A stretch of 64,000 bases of DNA. It comes from a virus. The stretch covers positions 1 through 64,000 of IMG/VR virus record IMGVR_UViG_3300021379_000425, one strand, 5' to 3'. The position numbers and the translations under genes were made by a program. This document shows positions 60,492 through 64,000 of this stretch, piece after piece (within the stretch, counting starts at the first letter, position 1; every line of letters starts with the position of its first letter). The notes below the pieces were generated by a model that saw only the letters and a list, made by a program, of their open reading frames with translations, was not told the DNA's origin and did not search any database.

Positions 60492-61067
60492 ATGAGGACA
60501 ATGGATGAAATCAATCACTCGGAAGCAGAAATAAGACTACTGGGGCTGATACTTACTCAGTCTGCATTGGTTGGATTAGCAATCGGAGTATTCGACTCGG
60601 ACATATGGTTGAATAACGATGATGCGTTGGTAAACGGCTTTACATATGCAATGGCCGCTTTCTTTATACAAGGAATAGCATATTATTTCTTTAAGATGTT
60701 CTTTGAACAGAACATGCAAGAAAGAGTCAAGATGCAGAATATTGAGAGACAAAGACAAAGCAGATTCAAGAATATGCAAAGCACATTTGATAATCGTAGA
60801 GCAGAAATGGAGTTAAGAATGCAAGAAGCACAACTAGAGGCTGAATTGCGCTGGATGGAGTCCAACCCCGGTAAAATGCCTCCTTCATGGGGTGTACAAG
60901 GTGGTTCACCTTCACTGATAAATCAGTATGAAAATAAATTAATTACAAATCCTCCTACACATCAAGCAGAAATAAAACAGCCAATTAATCTAGGAATAAA
61001 AGATGAAGAGGAAGAAGTACCTCTAAAGAAGGATGGAACACCGGATAAGAGATACAAAACCGAGTGA
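60492..61067 (+). CDS. Membrane protein: two TM helices plus coiled coil
   Basis: Two hydrophobic stretches, then an E/Q/R/M-rich helix; C-terminal KKDGTPDKRYK. Confidence 0.7.
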   Translation: MRTMDEINHSEAEIRLLGLILTQSALVGLAIGVFDSDIWLNNDDALVNGFTYAMAAFFIQGIAYYFFKMFFEQNMQERVKMQNIERQRQSRFKNMQSTFDNRRAEMELRMQEAQLEAELRWMESNPGKMPPSWGVQGGSPSLINQYENKLITNPPTHQAEIKQPINLGIKDEEEEVPLKKDGTPDKRYKTE

Positions 61068-61072
61068 TGTAA

Positions 61073-61333
61073 ATGGGTCGCATATTCAAAACCCCTTCCG
61101 ATGACTCTACGGAGGCAACGCTTAGGGCTATGCATACCCAAAATACTCTTGACACATATTACGAAAAAAGTTTAGGATGGATTAGAACCGTAATAATAGG
61201 GTTTATCGCAGTATTGATAACAAGTTTTTATGAATTACAAACAGGAAATTCCGTATGGGAGGGTACAGTAGAATGGTTTTACGGCAAGGTGGAAAATTTA
61301 GCGAATTTCTTATTCGGGTGGTTGTATGGTTGA
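61073..61333 (+). CDS. Small membrane protein
   Basis: TVIIGFIAVLITSFY TM segment plus amphipathic C-terminal helix. Confidence 0.65.
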   Translation: MGRIFKTPSDDSTEATLRAMHTQNTLDTYYEKSLGWIRTVIIGFIAVLITSFYELQTGNSVWEGTVEWFYGKVENLANFLFGWLYG

Positions 61334-62042
61334 ACCAGCAGGTACGGCACTTGTTGGTGCGATGGTTTGGGGAAAAGCGGTCTTCAATTCATACAGGCCA
61401 CGCAAGGTCGGCATTTACGGCGCAGGACTAGTTGGTAAAACTACACTTGACCGCTTTATGACAACTCCGGGTGAAATGGAAGAGATTGATGAAGAAGATA
61501 GAACAACACACCTAAAATTACTGGGTAAATTTCTCTTACCTAAACCGACAAGAAAAAGAGTAGCATGGAAAGGAGAAAAGAGAGTAGTCTTTTCATCCGA
61601 TATAGGTGGACAAGAGAGATTTTGGAATCTATGGATAGATGATATGGTATCAAGACAAGTAGAGGCTGTTGTCTATGTATTTGATGATAGAGCAGTAAAA
61701 GGCGGTGATGATGCATTACAACAGATTGCTGGGTTCAAATATCTAGTAGACGCAATAGTGTACAAGCAGTATCGTTATCGTAGTTTGAAAAGTAAAATTA
61801 AAGGAAAAAGATATTCTCCAAAACTGATTATGTTAGTTGCTAACAAAGCGGATAGGTTCTTTGACGAGACTGCCGCAATGCTTTGGGGGCAAGACAGAAT
61901 AGGAGAACACAAGATATTCGACCCGTTTAGAGATGATTTGATTAGGCTACAAAAGAACGGTATACCTACAAGAAAATCTTTCATGGCTACAAGAATAGGG
62001 TGGAATGTTGAAAATACAATGGTAAGTCTTTTGACAACATAG
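61326..62042 (+). CDS. Arf/Ras-like small GTPase
   Basis: G1 GAGLVGKT, G2 RTT, G3 DIGGQ, G4 NKAD, G5 MAT; hydrophobic N-terminal helix. Confidence 0.9.
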   Translation: MVEPAGTALVGAMVWGKAVFNSYRPRKVGIYGAGLVGKTTLDRFMTTPGEMEEIDEEDRTTHLKLLGKFLLPKPTRKRVAWKGEKRVVFSSDIGGQERFWNLWIDDMVSRQVEAVVYVFDDRAVKGGDDALQQIAGFKYLVDAIVYKQYRYRSLKSKIKGKRYSPKLIMLVANKADRFFDETAAMLWGQDRIGEHKIFDPFRDDLIRLQKNGIPTRKSFMATRIGWNVENTMVSLLTT

Positions 62043-62051
62043 GTGAGATAT

Positions 62052-62219
62052 ATGGATAAAACGAAAATAGTATCAGTTGGTAAGGCAAGCAATAGCGTAA
62101 GAACTGTCATACCGATGTGGGTTGCTAAAATGTTAGAGATAGAAGTAGGCGATAAGGTAACTTGGCAGATAGTAAAAACTGACAATGGCTATGCGGCAAG
62201 AATAGAGGTGGTAGAATGA
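62052..62219 (+). CDS. AbrB/MazE/SpoVT-type DNA-binding protein (not in ORF track)
   Basis: Hand translation MDKTKIVSVGKASNSVRTVIPMWVAKMLEIEVGDKVTW...; AGGTGA RBS. Confidence 0.75.
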   Translation: MDKTKIVSVGKASNSVRTVIPMWVAKMLEIEVGDKVTWQIVKTDNGYAARIEVVE

Positions 62220-63139
62220 ATCAAGGATATAATTTAGCAGAAGTAAACACAGCGCATTTGTACGCTTTGAGTCAACAGGGTAACAATATGCTTTCTCATC
62301 AAGCCCTTAGTGACCAAGCATTAGCGCAAACAGCAATGCAAGAAATAGGTACTGAACAGAATTTACAAGTTCCTAAAGTAAATTTCTACCCAAGTAGACA
62401 TCCCGACCCTCATAAGGCTAGAAGAAAAGACATCAAACAGGCTTACAAACTTCTTATGCCTTCAAAACGAAACTTTTTCAATCCGGCAAGAATGTTCTTA
62501 GGTCGTAAACATAGATACAACAAGCAAACAAATGTTTGTGTTGTTGATGGATGCGATTGTGCTACTTTAATCAAATATGATAACTTGTATGATAAAATTA
62601 AAGATGAAGAAACTGGAAAATCTCTTTGGGAATTATACTGGCAAAATCCAGTAACAGGTGAAGATGAAGCGTTTATTGCGAAAGAAAAAGTCACAAATGG
62701 TAGAAAAATGAGAGGTACATATTGCCCCGAACATTTACATCTCTATCATTTGCTATGTAAGTGGGAAGCAGAAGAAGAGAAAATTCGTGAAGCAAACCCA
62801 AGAAGATTGCGTGACCATGTGAGAAAAGGAGTTAGTGTTGTTACTGTACCAGTATCGACTATCAAAAGAAAAGACCCCACTCCTAAATTCTTAGAAAAGT
62901 ACGAAGGATTCTTTGCTGAACTAGAAAAAGACTCTAAGAGGACAAAAGGTATCAACATTCTGCATTATCAAAACCCTCAAAATGGAATGAATGATGTCAC
63001 TATGATTGTTTTTGACCTTAGAATATTCCAGCAAGAACTAGCAATGATGAACCAACCGACCCCTGCATTTCAACAAATGATGAATGGGCAAGTTAATATC
63101 CAAGCCCCTGCTGAGGAAGTACCACTGATGGGTGAGTAA
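62216..63139 (+). CDS. Hypothetical protein with probable Zn site
   Basis: CVVDGC...YCPEH. Confidence 0.65.
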   Translation: MNQGYNLAEVNTAHLYALSQQGNNMLSHQALSDQALAQTAMQEIGTEQNLQVPKVNFYPSRHPDPHKARRKDIKQAYKLLMPSKRNFFNPARMFLGRKHRYNKQTNVCVVDGCDCATLIKYDNLYDKIKDEETGKSLWELYWQNPVTGEDEAFIAKEKVTNGRKMRGTYCPEHLHLYHLLCKWEAEEEKIREANPRRLRDHVRKGVSVVTVPVSTIKRKDPTPKFLEKYEGFFAELEKDSKRTKGINILHYQNPQNGMNDVTMIVFDLRIFQQELAMMNQPTPAFQQMMNGQVNIQAPAEEVPLMGE

Positions 63140-63728
63140 CATGCTCGGACTCGGAAATAATAATCAACAACCAATGAATAACGGTATGCTTAATTTAGGT
63201 GTACAAACACAAACACAACCTGTACCGGGTCAATTCCCCGGTATGGTGCAACAACAACAGTTTGGACAACAAATGTATCAACAACCAGCACCTCCTAGTG
63301 AAATGGAAATGCAGATTCTTTTGTTGAGAGGTATAGTTCCTGTTGACAGGTTTATCGCAAGTAATCAAATGGCTACACTAGTACAACTAATCAACAATGT
63401 GGTTAGTCTAAGTGTTCTTGAGGTTATGAAGAACGCAGTATTCATTGAAGACGAAGAGGCTGGCGGATTAAAACTAGATATTACTAAACTACCAAGTCAT
63501 CTTCAAACAATGAGTGCTGAGAACATCAAGGCTGAGTTTGCTACAATGCAAGGCACTGCACAAGGTAACATTCAACAGGCTGAGATGACACAGCAACAAA
63601 TAGCGCAAATGGCTCAACAATCTGCAATGAGTGGTGCAATGCAACGCTTGATGCAAGATGAAAGTCTAATGGATAAGGCTGGTGAAACCGCTGGCAAGTT
63701 CATGGGCAACTTCTTAGGCACGAGATGA
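63132..63728 (+). CDS. Q/N/M-rich protein with helical C-terminus
   Basis: Low-complexity N-terminus, coiled-coil-like and amphipathic C-terminus. Confidence 0.65.
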   Translation: MSNMLGLGNNNQQPMNNGMLNLGVQTQTQPVPGQFPGMVQQQQFGQQMYQQPAPPSEMEMQILLLRGIVPVDRFIASNQMATLVQLINNVVSLSVLEVMKNAVFIEDEEAGGLKLDITKLPSHLQTMSAENIKAEFATMQGTAQGNIQQAEMTQQQIAQMAQQSAMSGAMQRLMQDESLMDKAGETAGKFMGNFLGTR

Positions 63729-63732
63729 TAAT

Positions 63733-63975
63733 ATGGATGAAAGGAGATACATGCCAAGTGGAGTGGCGGCTTCAACGCTAGATGTTTTGAACCCTACAAG
63801 AAGCGTTACTGTTGATATGATAATGGTACAGTTCTTGTCTGCCATACTTACAATTCTTGTAATCATATTATTCAAAGGTCAAACTTTAGGTTCTTCTACT
63901 GCATCTTACTTGATGCTCGCTATGATAGCATCAATTATTATGCTCTCAACAGTATATGCTAGAATAACCAAATAG
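63733..63975 (+). CDS. Small two-TM membrane protein (holin-like topology)
   Basis: Two hydrophobic helices in 80 aa. Confidence 0.6.
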   Translation: MDERRYMPSGVAASTLDVLNPTRSVTVDMIMVQFLSAILTILVIILFKGQTLGSSTASYLMLAMIASIIMLSTVYARITK

Positions 63976-64000
63976 TCACCATTTGTTTAACGGGCAATTA

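Noticed and set aside
112-62958. Numerous antisense ORFs nested in long genes
   Set aside because: Shadow frames of real genes (S/T/L/V-rich translations) with no start signals.

Overview
This 64-kb window is part of a large tailed dsDNA virus of archaea. The gene set includes a group II chaperonin, PriS-PriL primase, PolB, PCNA, RFC, MCM-like helicase, XPF and Cas4-like nucleases, and the signals are TATA-type promoters and GGAGGTGA ribosome-binding sites. This best matches marine Poseidoniales/MGII viruses ('magroviruses'); that assignment is inferred from gene content, with no database search. Layout: (i) 1-11.4 kb, + strand tail/adhesin genes, starting inside a giant virion protein; (ii) 11.4-28 kb, - strand chaperonin and replication module; (iii) 28-53.2 kb, - strand array of small coupled early/accessory genes; (iv) about 53.3-53.6 kb, GC-rich repeat-containing strand switch, a candidate terminus or packaging site; (v) 53.6-60.2 kb, unrelated proteins sharing a short 'P-M-D/E-x-A-W-x-L-L-K' tag, plus an HMG-CoA lyase; (vi) 60.5-64 kb, a membrane-protein operon built around an Arf-like small GTPase. 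Ten copies of one 20-bp promoter motif (15.1-53.2 kb) head transcription units in (ii) and (iii). Best candidates for undescribed systems: the tagged cargo/effector protein family, the small-GTPase membrane operon, two look-alike iteron/AT-rich origin-like elements, and a PEP-synthase-like phosphotransferase paired with a CX5R phosphatase.
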